Positions 50,357-64,000 of a stretch of DNA of 64,000 nt are shown here, in pieces (within the stretch, counting starts at the first letter, position 1; every line of letters begins with the position of its first letter). A program made the translations under genes and the position numbers. A model generated the notes under the pieces. It was not told the DNA's origin. It saw only the letters and a program-made list of their open reading frames with translations, and did no database searches. This DNA is from Tubiluchus corallicola (lineage: Eukaryota > Animalia > Priapulida): contig JAQGDQ010000038.1 of NCBI GenBank assembly GCA_030141605.1, forward strand, positions 620,001-684,000. Reading direction: 5' to 3'.

Positions 50357-51479
50357 CTAAGTGATAAAAAGATAAGTGAATCATACAAAACATAGAATAG
50401 GTAACAAAAAAAGAAATTCCACACAAAATTTAACAGTCACTGTGTAACGAAAGTTACTGATTAGGTGCAGTACAAAAGTGGTTACCATAAACACATTATC
50501 GATAACTGTAAGTGGCACTTTTAAATGCACATTTAAGCATTTTGTAGTCACACCAGCTGACTTTGCAATGAACCTGTCCAACTAAGACATGCTTACATAA
50601 TGCACATTCAAGTTTAAACAAGGTTCAGAATGTTATTTAGAGAAAAAACATGTCGATGTTAGTTCAATGCAAGAGCTTTTCCAATTTAATATCAAGTTTA
50701 GGGTTCAAAACAATAGCAAATAAATTTTTTAGTCTTCTCTGTTACATGGTCTTGAGAACAAATAAACTATGCGCTGTGTGATGTAATAGTAGAAATGTGT
50801 TGTCGGGTAGTGAGACTATAAAGCAATGCACTAGCAAATATCAGACAAAATCAATTTGTACATATAGTTGTACGTAGATTGCAAAAAAGATACGGTATGG
50901 TAAAACAGAGAAGAAATAGTTAAGCAGTACAAAGTAATACATGATACAGAACAGCTTATTTTCCAAATGATATATTTTTAAAATAGTTTCTGACACAACT
51001 TACAACAGGCAGTTGAATAATAAATGAAAGAAGAAGCATCAATTTCACTTGTAAGACATGCAAAAACATAGATATCATACAAGACCAGTAATAAAACAAA
51101 CATCAACAACAAACACAGTGTAATGCCAAGTATGCTAGAAACAGGGTACAGATAATTTTAACTTAATATAATCAATGCAAACTTTGAAAACTAAGTAAAA
51201 CAAAGAATTCACACTGCAATACCTACATATTGCATGCATGGCAAGTAAGAAAGTAAGACCCTGCTAACAACACCTGCTGCAGTTATATTACTACGTCTAC
51301 GTACATATTAACATTCAACTAAAATGCAAATTTAGAAAAGATGGTAAACAGGAGTTATAAACTAACCATATGTGCATGGACACAGTAAGCAGATATTCAC
51401 AAAACAAAGAACAAGCAGTCTATGCTACAACTAAACTACGAAATAAATAGGCAAGCGTTAGTAGCTTTTTAAATATCAG

Positions 51480-54400
51480 TTATTCTTCTTCCACATATTG
51501 AATAGGTACTTTTTCAGCAGCTCTGCTTAGTTCCTTGCAAATTTCACTCTCTATAGGAATTGGATCTTTTTCGTTTTCACGGTTGTAGATAAATAAACAA
51601 ATCTGACTAGGATGAGGGATTGGCAATGGTATGGGCAGCTTCTCTATCCTTGACAATGTCAGTTTTTGCCGTTTCCATGGTTGCCGCCGACTAAAAATGA
51701 AAAAAGTGGCAATGAGAATTTGGCACAGTAATCAATGCTATTTAAATTACAAAGAAATACTCAATACAAGACTGACTTACATTTAGCAAATTACCTAGAT
51801 GACAACAAAAAACCAAAAATTTCTAAATTGTAAACTTTTTCAAGTATTTTTTCTATTTACTAACAACGCTTCATCATTGTTTTTAATCATGTATAATTTA
51901 TAACAATATGACACTATTGTAAATCATCTGACTAAAGAGTGAACATACACAATTACTTATATGTATTGTGATTTTATTACTGTACATTTTGTGTATGTTT
52001 TATTACAGTAAAGTATTTTAATAAACTAAAGTAATAAAATGAATTAATGAAGTAAAAATAACTAGGAGGACTATTACTTAACCAAATACCACAATAGTCA
52101 GGGTATCATATCAAAAACACATTGCTTGCCCATACTCACTATACAGTTTTTGCACTAACAGATTAGATAGATATTAATGGGCTCTGCTATGCTAGCAGAA
52201 TAAACAGAGGCAGACCTGATTAGTAAATGGATGGATGATTATCAAAAAAGCTGCTTCTGGGTAGTTTCATGTGCGTATTTGCTTTTGCGTTTTTCTTCTT
52301 CTGACGGCGAATACAATAAAGAATGTGGCTAAGACACACGCTAGTTTAGCATCTCATCTTAGAGATTTCCTTGATAATGAGCTACATTTCAGTCTGACCA
52401 CAACCATCTACATTAAGTACACCCTGCCACAGAATGCTCTCTTGTAGTGTACCATATTGTACAAAAAAAAGTGACATTGTGACTTGCTAAATTATTAGCT
52501 GTTGGCTATGAGTACATACCGATCTGTGTATAAGCTGGTGGCAGGTTGTCCAAACTTGTAGTTAGGATCAAAGACATGTATGTCTAGGAATGGAGCGTCT
52601 ATCTGTATCTTTCCTAGAAATTCAATTTTCTTATTGCGTAAAAATATAATAATCTTTTAATTATGAAATAAGGCAAAACTAAGACTTATTCAACACAAAC
52701 AGTTCTTTTACATTAGAGTGAGCAAATAGAGTAATTATCAGTATCCAACAATTTTTTACCATCAGTATCCAATTCCAGAAACCAACAGTTTTTTACATAT
52801 GTCTACAGCCTGCATATGTCTATCAAAAACAGATTGCTGGCCCGAATATAGCATGTAAAAATTTAAACTGTGCTCCTGAGTTATAATAGGAATCCACTAA
52901 GTAATACTGAACCAAACTTTAGACAAACTGCTCTGTTTTACCGATTGGCAGTTCTCAAAGCGTTATTATTTAATAATAAAAATTGAGTAATATAATTGTA
53001 GATTTTGTGTAAAAGCAAACTGCTCCTTCTTACAAGGCTCATAACTTTTACTTTTAATATCTATACAACAGACATCAGGAAACAGAATAAAAATTAACAA
53101 ACCTTTTGCTGTGTTTACTGTGTCGACCAAATCTAAATCATCTCTATATTCGCCTGATGCTAACATAGTTATGTATTCAGTCAAACTAATGTGTTCTACC
53201 TAAAAATGAATTTTTTCTCAAAATCTTACAAAAAAAATTTCATACATTTTATCTGAAACTGCAAATAATGCAATTGTATTTGTTTATGCAATGTGAATGA
53301 ATTACACTTTAGTTAAAGATAGAGACTAACAAAGCAAATGTTAAATAAGCCAGCGGCTTATAAGCAGTTACTGCAATGCATGTATTGGGTTAACAAAATA
53401 AGTTGAGCTTAATAAATCTAATGTTTTTTACAACAATAGCACTGATTGTCTTATGTACAGCAATTTTATGAATAATGTAATGTTTCTTTCTTGGTCGCTA
53501 CACTACCGATATGAAGAAATTGTTATGACTATGACATACCTCTAGTCTAAATGTTGTATCAGTTTCTTCTAATGGTGTCAGGAATGAAGAAGAAAATATT
53601 TCACATAAAATCACGCTAGCCAGGCCTAAAAATTTTCCAGAAATGTTCACAAAGCCTTCCTCATACAAGATTCACAGAAAATTTAACTTTCTTGCAATCA
53701 TTCAACTGCGTGTTAATGTTTTGTAAAAAGTTGAGAACAAGAACTAGAGAAAATGAACTAATGTTCAGAAATAATAAAAAAACCTCATTGTCTAAAATCA
53801 ATAATGTTTGTATAAACAAAAATAACATCATGAAATACAAGTTTAACAAATGTTGAAAAATGTCCATACGTATTAAATTTCGCATGGTAGACTAAACACT
53901 CAAAATGTTATGCTAAGCATGTATAAAAAATTGTGCGTGTCTACAATTCAAATGCTGCAAGATATTTACTGAAAGTTTAAGAAATTATTGCAGATAGATC
54001 TTCTCAATGTAAAATGGTACGAGCTGTTTTTTCTTTTACAATGTCTAAAAAAACAAACCTTTCCAATTTTGGAATTCCAGATTTTTCTGTGACCAGAAAT
54101 CTTCCTCACTAATTGGTAGACGGTTAATAACATGACTAGGATAAAATTTTTCTAACATCACAGAACAACAGGCAATCGATAGTTTTAAATCATCAATGAG
54201 TAGCTTCACCTTGCTGCGTATACTAGGATTCAAACCAATCATCAGCTCCGTCTTGCGTCTAGAAAAATAAGCTATGATTAATGAGCATATTGGACAGCAC
54301 AGAGGCTTCGCAGTCAAAAATGCCACAGCTAGACCATTTCTATAGTTCTAACTTCGTTCTAGTTACATTGATCCTCATAACAGCCTAAGACAAAACTCTC

Positions 54401-57400
54401 TACCTCAAGAAGAAGCAGGACATGCAAATTCACTTTATTTATTTTTCAGTACTAGCAACAAGAGATATTAAAGTGACCATTGTTAATATGCACAATTTTT
54501 AAAACGTGTGCTAAATTCCAAAAAAGTTATAACAAGCTACAGCTAATCTAAAGCAAGCATGTGAATAAACTTTCCTTATGAAATAAGACTATTTGTTTCT
54601 ACAGCACATGTGGTGGCCATCTCTAGTTCAGAGTTAATACTTGTAATTACCACAATTAATAGTTATTAAACCCTCTTTAAAAACATCTCCATTGCATCAT
54701 TTTGATTAAATGTATATATGACTATCTGTCCTTTTTTCAATAAATATGCACCAGCAGCTGATGTGTGGCCTGGCCAATAAACTGCAATATGCAGGCGCAT
54801 AATTTAGCAGATCAAGTCCAGATTTACAAAACAAAAAAAAAATAAAGTCCTTCTAAAAACACATAATGCATTTTGCTGAAAAAATTACATGCAATTGTGT
54901 GGAAAAATTCTATCAATTTTTAATAAGAAATTAATTCACAAAATAAGCATCAGATTAATCATGAGCTACATACTTCTCAATTCTCTCTTTCAAGCTTGCA
55001 CAAAGATCACGACCCTCTTTCTCCAGTTCTTTGTAGACACCTTCTCTTACTAACCCAGCTGAGAATGGCCTGAATAACTTACTCACAAATTCACTGCAAA
55101 ATGTAATTATAAATTGAACATAAATACAATATTTTCATATTGAAAAACACAAAGATACAAAAATTACATGTTTCTGACATTTACATTAAAATGCTTACTT
55201 CAAGTAAACAAGAATGAATAGTATAAACATTTCCAAAAAGTGGGCAGCAAGAAATTAAGAACTACTTTAAAAGCATCCAGCAATGTTTAAAGCAACCACA
55301 GCAGTTAATCCAGCAAACACTAGACAATGCTATGCCAGCGGCTTGTTAACACCACTTCCAAATTAATTTTCACTAATATGGTGAACCTAGCAAAGATATG
55401 TGTCCTTCTTCTGTATCACAGTTAATCTCTCTACTAAAACAAGGCCAAAAAGTCGCATAAATACATGAAAACCAGACACAGCTAAAAATTATTATCGACT
55501 GTACATAGTAATAAGATATGCTGTTCTGCAAGACTTCAAGCTAGTTCCGTTTTCAATACATTATAAACAGCAATCATTCTTCAATTTTTAGTCACCAACA
55601 GGACTAAGTTTAAATATTTTACCTATATTCTTTTTGTGGATTATTTATTAGCTTCTCCATCTCATCTTTATAAGCTTGTAGCTCATCAAGTTCCAGTCTT
55701 GCTTCAAAGGCAGCTAAAACTTGTTCTGGCTTCACCTATCAAACAAATTTAAGAAATTTAAAAAATGTATCATCCACAGCCTTGCTTTAATCAAAACAAT
55801 TTTTATTTTACCTCAAAAATTCACGTACAACTTGGCATGTTGTTTAGATGAGCAATCAATTAAGTAGACATGTACAGACTAATATTTTAATACTGTGTTG
55901 ATAGAAGGTTTTGTTTAACTATGTACGAACATGACAGGATGATTTTAAACATTTTATACACGTCCACAATGAAAGAAGAAACTAATTAGAAATGAACCCG
56001 TACTGACTGCAGAAATTTGACGAAGCAGTTATTACCTGATAATAATAATTAGAAGCAAGCCCTGGTCCGGCTATGCGGCGTGCTATGAAACTATCCCCAG
56101 CAGGAATGCGACCTCGTTTTTTAATAACTGCGTGAAACATAAATCCATCCCATAATGCTCTGAAACCTCTTCTCAATAGGCCATCTAAACAAAAACTTTA
56201 ATATATATAATTGGGCTACTCCCCAAGCCAAAATGCGACCTTAGGTTAAGGCATAAGATGTCACCAATTGTCCTGACATCATCTCATCGTTGATGCACAC
56301 CCTTGCTTTTTGCAATGTTTCAACGACATTCTATTGTGACATCAAATAGAATTTTACCGAACAATAACACATTACATAAACAAAGAGAACATCACGTCGA
56401 AATAGACCACTTTATAGGTTACTGCACAAGCGCTTAACCAAAAATATGAAATTAATAAATGTAGTCAGTATCTAATATGGTAACAGGCCTGCCTACCATA
56501 ACCTTTCAACTGCTAAAACTATTATAATGAACAGCTACTTACATAGCATTATAAAAGCTGATGATACTGGACACAGTATAAATGCAACTACAAGACACAA
56601 GATTGGTTGTAAAATGCCTTGAATAAGTATCCTCCATATAAGCGCTTCCAGAATTATAAATAAACAATTCTGTGATTTATCTGCAATAAAATCAAAAAGT
56701 TCTAAGCAAATTATTCTAGCAATCAACAGTACTGACTGTCTGCTCTATTAAAAAGTATCTAAAAGCACACTTGAAGGGCAAATTTTTACAACAAATTTAA
56801 ATACACACCTGGATAATCGAAGTCATAGAAGAGAACTCCCAGTAAGTGTAACACAAGCGTCACTACCGGTAACCTAGATATATAAATGTAAGCAACAGTT
56901 AATTTTCACATAAAGTTATGAATATAAAAAAGACGTTGTACATTCAAGATGTCAAATTGCCACAGAATTTCATTATGCTCCAATATCAGTTCATATTTTA
57001 AGTATTTCTGTATAATTATAGTTACATGTAGTTGGCAACTCTGAATGTAGGGCAACTGGTTAATAGGTTGGCAAGCATGGCTCCGAAAATTACAGCCTAC
57101 ACATAATACCAACAAAGGCAGTTATCATATTTCACTCTAGCGCTGTGCCATCATGACGAAGTCTTTACATTACTCTTTGTTTATTTCTTGCTCCATACAA
57201 GCTGTGTGGCACTCTAGAACTATTTTGTGTTGAATGGTATGTGGCTAATCATAAGCCTTGTGCTCTCTAGAGACATTTCTTTATCCGATCAAGCTTGACG
57301 ACAAACTTACTAGGAGCAAAGCCAAATATCTGGATCTTTTCAAATGTTTCAGAATCCAAATCACTTATACAAATAATGGGGCCAACTTGCAAGTACTACT

Positions 57401-60400
57401 GGTGCAAATTCGCAACTTGATGTGCATAGCCTGCAGCTGTTATCTAGCTATCCAAGACACCTTGAACAGTAAAACAACTTAATGAAGATTGTTTATAAAA
57501 TAGTACTAAACAAACTCACCATAATGGGGCTAGAATGGCAATGATAAACGAACAAGTTGAAGCAGAAATACAAAGTACAGGGAAAAACAAAGCAATTGCA
57601 AGTGTTCCGAAGAAGCCTTTGCCTACGTAGTTCCACAGCCGATTTAGATGACGAGTCATGTCTTTACCTAAAAATCCTAAAAACAAACATTATAAAAATG
57701 CACAAGTCTTCATAAGCAAGGTTTTTTTGAACCATTTTGCCTTTAATTTGCTTTCATGTTCAATTTTGTGAATAGAATTCAGTTCAGTTGGCAAAACATT
57801 ATAAGTAATAGCTAACCATGAGGCGATTTCCAGGCGAGATAAAATTAAGTCACAATAAAGAATGTAAAGTTGCATTTGATGACTTGAGATTTGTGAGGGG
57901 ACAAACTGAGAGCATGCCTCTTATATGTTTTGCATTTTAAGAGTTCACATCACTCACTATATGGCACCAGACCACACCGAGCTGTATCGCATAAGAAAAC
58001 AGCTGTATATTATAACAAAAAATACCTGTATCAGGACGGGACTCGAATTCGGTCCGTGATTTGGATATGTGTCGCCAAAGAGAATGCAACAACGAACAGA
58101 GTGTATGCGTAAGAGATGACTTCCTTGGACAAAGTGTGCCCTGCAATTACAGGTATTTTGACATCGATATAAAGCACACAAAAACATTCAATTTATAGAA
58201 TAGCATTTATTTTATTTCTGGGTGCCTCCTATAATAGCACTTTTTTATCTTGCAATTCATATTAAAATGATGTTCACTACCCTGAGAAGATGTACGTGTC
58301 AGTTATTTTAATTACAAATATTCGACAACCAATGATAATGTAAAAGTTATTTATTACACATTTACTAAAACATAGAAACAGATTCCGTGGAAGTAGAATG
58401 CAGTAATAGTGAGTATGGTAAACTTACATTAACCTGACTGAGCTCAAGGTCAGGCATAAAAGGTTCCCGGTAAAACAATGCTCTAAAACTCAATGGACTA
58501 CACCACGGAATCAAGACACCAAAAATGTACATGGCATTCCAAGTCCAGCACCACGTTCTCATGCAGTAATTAACCCAGCGCCAAAATAAATAACGTGTGC
58601 TTGTCGTGCGCTTGACTTCCTTTTCAACTAAATATACAGCCTGAAAGAAAAGGAACACGTATGTACACATCATGTAAATGTCTCACAATAGAAGAACATA
58701 TGGGAAGCTAATACACACATTTGCAGCTCATTTGAGGGCTATTATACGTACATGTACAAAAAACTACACGCCTGTTTCTTGCAAGATAAATAGTACCTTA
58801 ACCTCAGAAATCCAATAATTTTATGTCAAGAAAAACACCAACTGTTGTGCGATTGCAATAACCTTATCTAAAATATATCGATATAAAATACCACTAATGT
58901 AATAATAATTATATGCAACTTATATAAGACGAAAATTATTATTGAGCAACTAAAGTGTGATGATAATTTTGTTACAAATTACAGGCCTGTAAAACACAAA
59001 TAGCAAAATTTAACATTTTAAGAATGATTTATTTTCTCGGCAATATCTTGGAGCAGATTTCATTTATTTTAGACCAATGAGCAACTCCATCATTAGACAC
59101 ACTTCAAAAATTGCGTAAAAGACAGGAAATTTCCTTAGCAAAAAATCTTTAACATGTTGGTCATAAAAAAATTGTAACACAACCTATACAAATATTTAGG
59201 AAATATCTTAACTTTAAAAATGCATATCACCTGAAGTAGTATCAAAAGACTGAAATGCTTGTAATAATAATTTAGAGCTTTATGGTTTTGAACTACTTAA
59301 GTGCACAAGCATGCATGCGCAATATGACTTCAACAATAGGAAATGAGCTTTCAGTGCAGGAACAAAAAAATTACTGCTCAGTCAAAAAGGGACACACATT
59401 TAGATTTATTCTAAAAGCAAATAAAAATTGGGATCTGGGTGAAGTGATTTGGAGTGCGATTTTTGTTAGCAATTTTTTTACAGAATTCACTTTATTACCT
59501 GCCATAAAAGGCCATGCAAGATATAATACCCACATTTTTAACAGAAATGGGCACCTGCTTAATTTGTCATTAAAAAACGGGAAGTGCATGCAAAGGAGGA
59601 TAACAGTCATAACGCAACTTGGCTGACCTCCTTGTTAAATCCACCGACCTGACTAGGATCGGAGCGAGGTGCCGTGATGTTGGTCGGAGTGTCCACAATC
59701 CGAGTTGGGATGACTTCCGCTTGACCATGAAGGACTCGTGTTACAACCCAGTTATGAGGAAACCAAATGTGAGTATTCCATTGAAAGTAGCGTGTTGGGT
59801 TCTTGACGTAACTCAATTCTTGACGTAGAATAGGTTCTCTCTGTAATAAATAACTTTATGTAAGAAAGCATATATATTTAAATAAAATAATGAGACCGCT
59901 AAAAACGAGTTCTTTGATATATTTGGATTACGTGGTATCGTCTAATTGAATTATGCATGTAAACCTGGCTGTAATGTCAAAACACTAACAGTTTTCACGT
60001 ACCACTGAAAAACTAGTTAATATGCTATATGCATGTACTTAAAGGCTTGCAGAATAGCTGTCAAATTATACTATTGTTATTAATGCCGCATTCATATGTA
60101 TACTGTGGAAATTTATGGTGTGATAATCCAAAGGAACTCGCATTAAAAAAGCAATTTCACGTTGTGTGCAAAGAAAAAACAAGTGTCTTAGAATGTATCA
60201 TCTAACACTATCGACACTTTGTTCTATTGCCTTCATCCATAATGTTTCATTTTTCTGCCTAACTTTTGTTGACAAATGATTAGCTGACTGCACATTTACT
60301 TCATCAAGTACCAATAAAAGTCAAAATCCTCCCAATTATGGAACAAGATAACTTAATTGCTCATAACAAAACAAACCTCTTTCATAAAGTTAAGATCACG

Positions 60401-62904
60401 CTGTAAAAAGTAGACTGCCTGGCGTAGATCCTTTCTGCGTAGTGAAGACAGTGCTTCTTCATGAGCTGTCCATAAATTATCCTTTAAGAATTGGTCCTAT
60501 AATGAAAAAGTTAGATGGCACACATATATAAAATTAAATTAATGAAAAATGATGCCCAATAATAATATAAACATAATGAAATATTAAATCAAGGGAGCAG
60601 GTATAATAATGGCGGGACAAGCAACGCAACAATTTAAACTGCAATTTGTAGATTAAATTAGCTGTATCTAATGTTACATAGAATTTGCTGTAAAAAAATT
60701 CCAAATTTTGAAAATCATATTTAAAGGTCAGGCCATTTTTGATTTAAAAAAACCGTTTACTTTCAGTTTTTTATCATCTCATACATCCTACAAAATATGC
60801 AGTAATATAAAACCTTGTTCAGTTTCAATAATTTTGTCATGTTGTTAGTAAACATGAGAAAATTGACTGCGATTATGATCATCATTAGAAAATTTCTGAT
60901 TGAGATTGTGATCACGATCGATTCTAATTGTGGTATCAAGTAAATACTTGATATACATAAGTTCACAAATTAAAGCACACCGGTATTTTGTTCACATATG
61001 GTTGTATTTGTGGTATTCTAAACTTCTAGACGTTACTGTAGCCATAGACTTTACCAATACTTTCAAATTCACTTTCATGATTGGTACAGTAGTCTCGGCC
61101 TGCACTATTATAATAGTATCAGAGATTTTCCCATTGAAATTCTGACAGCAAATAACAGATATGTATTTGGCAATTATTTATCTTATATTAAAATAAAATG
61201 TAACAAAAAATGAGCAGGAATTCTGATAATTTCTTTGAAGGTTAAAAAGAAATGATCGCAAAAACAATCACTTGTGAAAAACAATGTGATCAAGATCAAT
61301 GACCATGTTTTGAGAAAAAGACTGCAATCATTTATGTGATCACAGAATTTGATCAAGATACCGATCGCAATCATTATAACACTGATTTAATCCAACCATG
61401 TTTCATATAAACTACATACAAATTTAAAAAAAAGTTGTGTAAGCTAACAGCAGCTACCTCAGCTTCTCGTATCTTGTCACGAACCCATGGGCCAATACGA
61501 GAATGTATAGGATAATCTTTAGCAAGTTTTTCCTGTGTAGTGCTACTCAGTTTTTCCCACTTTTCTCTAGCCTTGTCCAGAGCTCTGTGCATAAATACCA
61601 TAGACTGTGCATGCTCCACAAGTAAATTTCCTACATAACACAAGAATAAATGTGTTCTGTAAACTTGCAACAGAAAAAAGAGAGTATTAAACACACAAGC
61701 GCATAATGCAATATAAGAACATTAACTTAGTTTGACAGATATGGAGACCAGGTTTAGAATTGCAAGTTCACCAAAAACTCGCCTCTTTAACAATTGCCTC
61801 ACAAAAAATCTGCCAGCATTCTATGTTTTTCAACTGAAATGCGAGTTTAGAAATATAGCAATTTTCAGCTCTGCTTACGAGAAAACTTATATGGACTCGA
61901 GAGTCATTAGTTGATACTTACCGACATTGTAACCTAAAGCACTGATATCTGCACTGTTCAATATGGAATTGTAGACTCTGCGTATGTATTCATCTATGAC
62001 TAGTACATTTACCTCCTGCAAACATTAAAAAGATATTTGTAGTCAAGCAACTTAAATCCATAGCATTAAGTGAAACCTCAAACGTGATAAGAATGATGAC
62101 ATGAATGATAAGGACTAATGAGTTAATGTGAAAGTTATGTTACTTCACCTGAACACATTAACAAAACACGTTTGCTTTTCATGATTATTTATTTGAAACA
62201 ATTTGCAGGCATTTTCAGCACCTTGTAACAAAATTTTTGTATATCTTTGTATATCAAAATGTGTTTACCTAACAACAATATTCATGTCAGCATGTCTAAA
62301 TGACTGTGCCCAAGAAAGTGACTCATTTTCAACCTTGCTCTAAGTACAGTCAGTGTAACAGGAATTGGCACAAGTCAATGTGCTTACATGTGCTTCTCGT
62401 GTAAAACAATGAAAGAAAAGTAAACCTATCTTTCTTTAGCTACAATTGTCAATGACAGTGCTCGTGAAAATACATGAAATTTTCTGATGATTCAGAAACC
62501 AAAAACATTGTGTGTTTGATAAACTAGTACAATAATTATAAATGTACACTGCAATCATACGAAGAAGTGAAAGGCAAAAGTCAGTGGCCTGCCTTAATAT
62601 AGTAATAATGAAATTAGTCAAAGTGAGAATGTTTTACATATATCATATGGGACAAAATAGCATAGCCAGTGTAAAATCAGGATTGCTTGAAGTTGAGAAC
62701 GAATCTCTGCAACTTCTCAAATTTCAATAATATAAAGTTGCAAATCACACAGTAAGTCCAAGTCTCATACCTTCTCGATAATTTCATCGCTAATACCACG
62801 AGCTTTGCGTTCTGAGACACATTTTTCTCTGAATTGTATAAACCAACCTTTTGATTCTTGCTCAAGTATGGGCGTCACGAGACGTAATGCTTTCATACTC
62901 AAAT
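51480..62904 (-). CDS. Uncharacterised multipass membrane protein, >820 aa, 5'-truncated by window; exons 62904-62771, 62015-61922, 61630-61458, 60496-60377, 59840-59649, 58640-58428, 58140-58026, 57676-57520, 56873-56809, 56680-56543, 56184-56036, 55735-55623, 55093-54974, 54258-54059, 53625-53540, 53199-53103, 52613-52520, 51690-51480
   Basis: 18 exons join into one open frame with consistent GT-AG phases. Helical N-terminal region; Trp-rich segment TRYLFWRWVNYCMRTWCWTWNAMY; several hydrophobic helices (GFFGTLAIALFFPVLCISASTCSFIIAILAPLWLPVVTLV, ILIQGILQPILCLVVAFILCP); motif RGRIPAGDSFIARRIAGPGLASNYYYQ; helical C-terminal region. Donors at 61458 and 59649 have in-frame alternatives. Confidence 0.88.
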
Positions 62905-63189
62905 CTGCAAATATAAAATTGCCAATATAGATACAATACATTAAACAATGTAATTTCAAGAAATTGCTTAAATACCTATGTGATGATTCATGCATGAATA
63001 AACTTTATACAGAAAATCAGACAAGATGAAGATTTAATTCTTAATTAACAAAGTGAATTTGTTCCATAATTGCGATGTTAAATAAGTCCATCATTAGACG
63101 AAGCTTTCGTAAGAATAATGTAAAATTATGCAGATGTATTCAATACGTCAGAATTGATAATGCTTACCTCACATAAATTGTTTTACGAG

Positions 63190-63266
63190 TTTTAAAGTAA
63201 ATATTTATTGTAATTTAATAACTAATGGTTTGTTTTAAAGTAAATATTTATTGTAATTTAATAACT
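63190..63266. repeat. Short tandem duplication
   Basis: TTTTAAAGTAAATATTT(T)ATTGTAATTTAATAACT occurs twice. Confidence 0.75.
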
Positions 63267-64000
63267 GCATGGTTTGCATAAAATTAAACATACAGAGAAT
63301 CTTGTATTTTTGTAAACACTGAATTTCAATTTTTTTACTGCAGCTTTGATGAAATTAACATGTAAGAACAGGCATAATGTTATCCTTCCATTGTTGGTGT
63401 AAATACTGTTAGTGTAGCAGTTTTCATGTCTACTTTTATTTGCTTATTTTTTTGAATAATTGTGAACCTTTGTTATAGTTGATTCACATTAAATGAGAAT
63501 ATTGCTGATGCTTACTGCTCAGTTTCTATCAGTAAAAGAAAAGACATCTCAGTGGTGAGCATCTCAGAATGTTCAAATTAACTTCTATTGTTATGGATTT
63601 TCTCTTCCATGCTAGCTAACTATACTCGCTAGAAAGTTTATAAGCATATCATTCTTTCAGCAGCGCAAAGACAAATAACAAAGTTACTACTCTTACATGC
63701 ACATTGTAAGTGTAGCACAGCAGAAGTTTTTTCTCAGAGCAGGTAGCTTTACTTTTACGTGGGCATGTGCCATCAATAAATGATGTTGAAGAGGCATGTA
63801 TTAGCATCTGACAAATTGCTATGACTTAGTAACAAAATTTACAGCAGCTTTAACAGACATTAGTAACTGTTTCTTTACAAAGCATCACCACAATAAACAA
63901 GCTCTCAGTACTTAAAATATGGCAAGAACTATTGTTAAAATCAAACATCGCCATTAATGAGACAAAAGATTTCTGTTATCATTAAAATACATCATTAAGC

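Noticed and set aside
52265-52302. Acceptor-like site with a purine-rich stretch as an extra exon of the membrane gene
   Set aside because: It hits an in-frame stop within ~11 codons and has no donor; the flanking exons already join in phase.

Overview
AT-rich, intron-containing animal genomic DNA, probably from an invertebrate bilaterian (taxon not determinable from the sequence). The six-frame ORF track captures only exon fragments, so genes were rebuilt by hand from GT-AG boundaries with phase checks. Gene order: fascin (-; first coding exon only, the rest lies off the left edge); an intronless 195-aa seven-helix membrane protein (+; DUF6962-like from memory); PDZD11 (+; 6 coding exons); a single-domain, membrane-anchored phospholipase B1-like GDSL lipase (-; 14 exons), head-to-head with a UDP-glycosyltransferase (+; 6 coding exons) that carries the UGT8-type 'DH' motif; a 172-aa secreted, basic, Cys-patterned protein with an anaphylatoxin-like core that I do not recognise (-; 4 exons); and a large uncharacterised multipass membrane protein (-; at least 18 exons, 5' end off the right edge) with a possible alternative PDZ-ligand tail. 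Introns and intergenic DNA carry hAT and Tc1/pogo-type MITEs with intact target-site duplications, decayed LINE ends, foldback elements and microsatellites. The best leads are the unrecognised secreted protein and the possible shared transcription unit of the 7-TM gene and PDZD11, with an inverted repeat bracketing the 7-TM exon. Family names are from recall of motifs; no database search was run.
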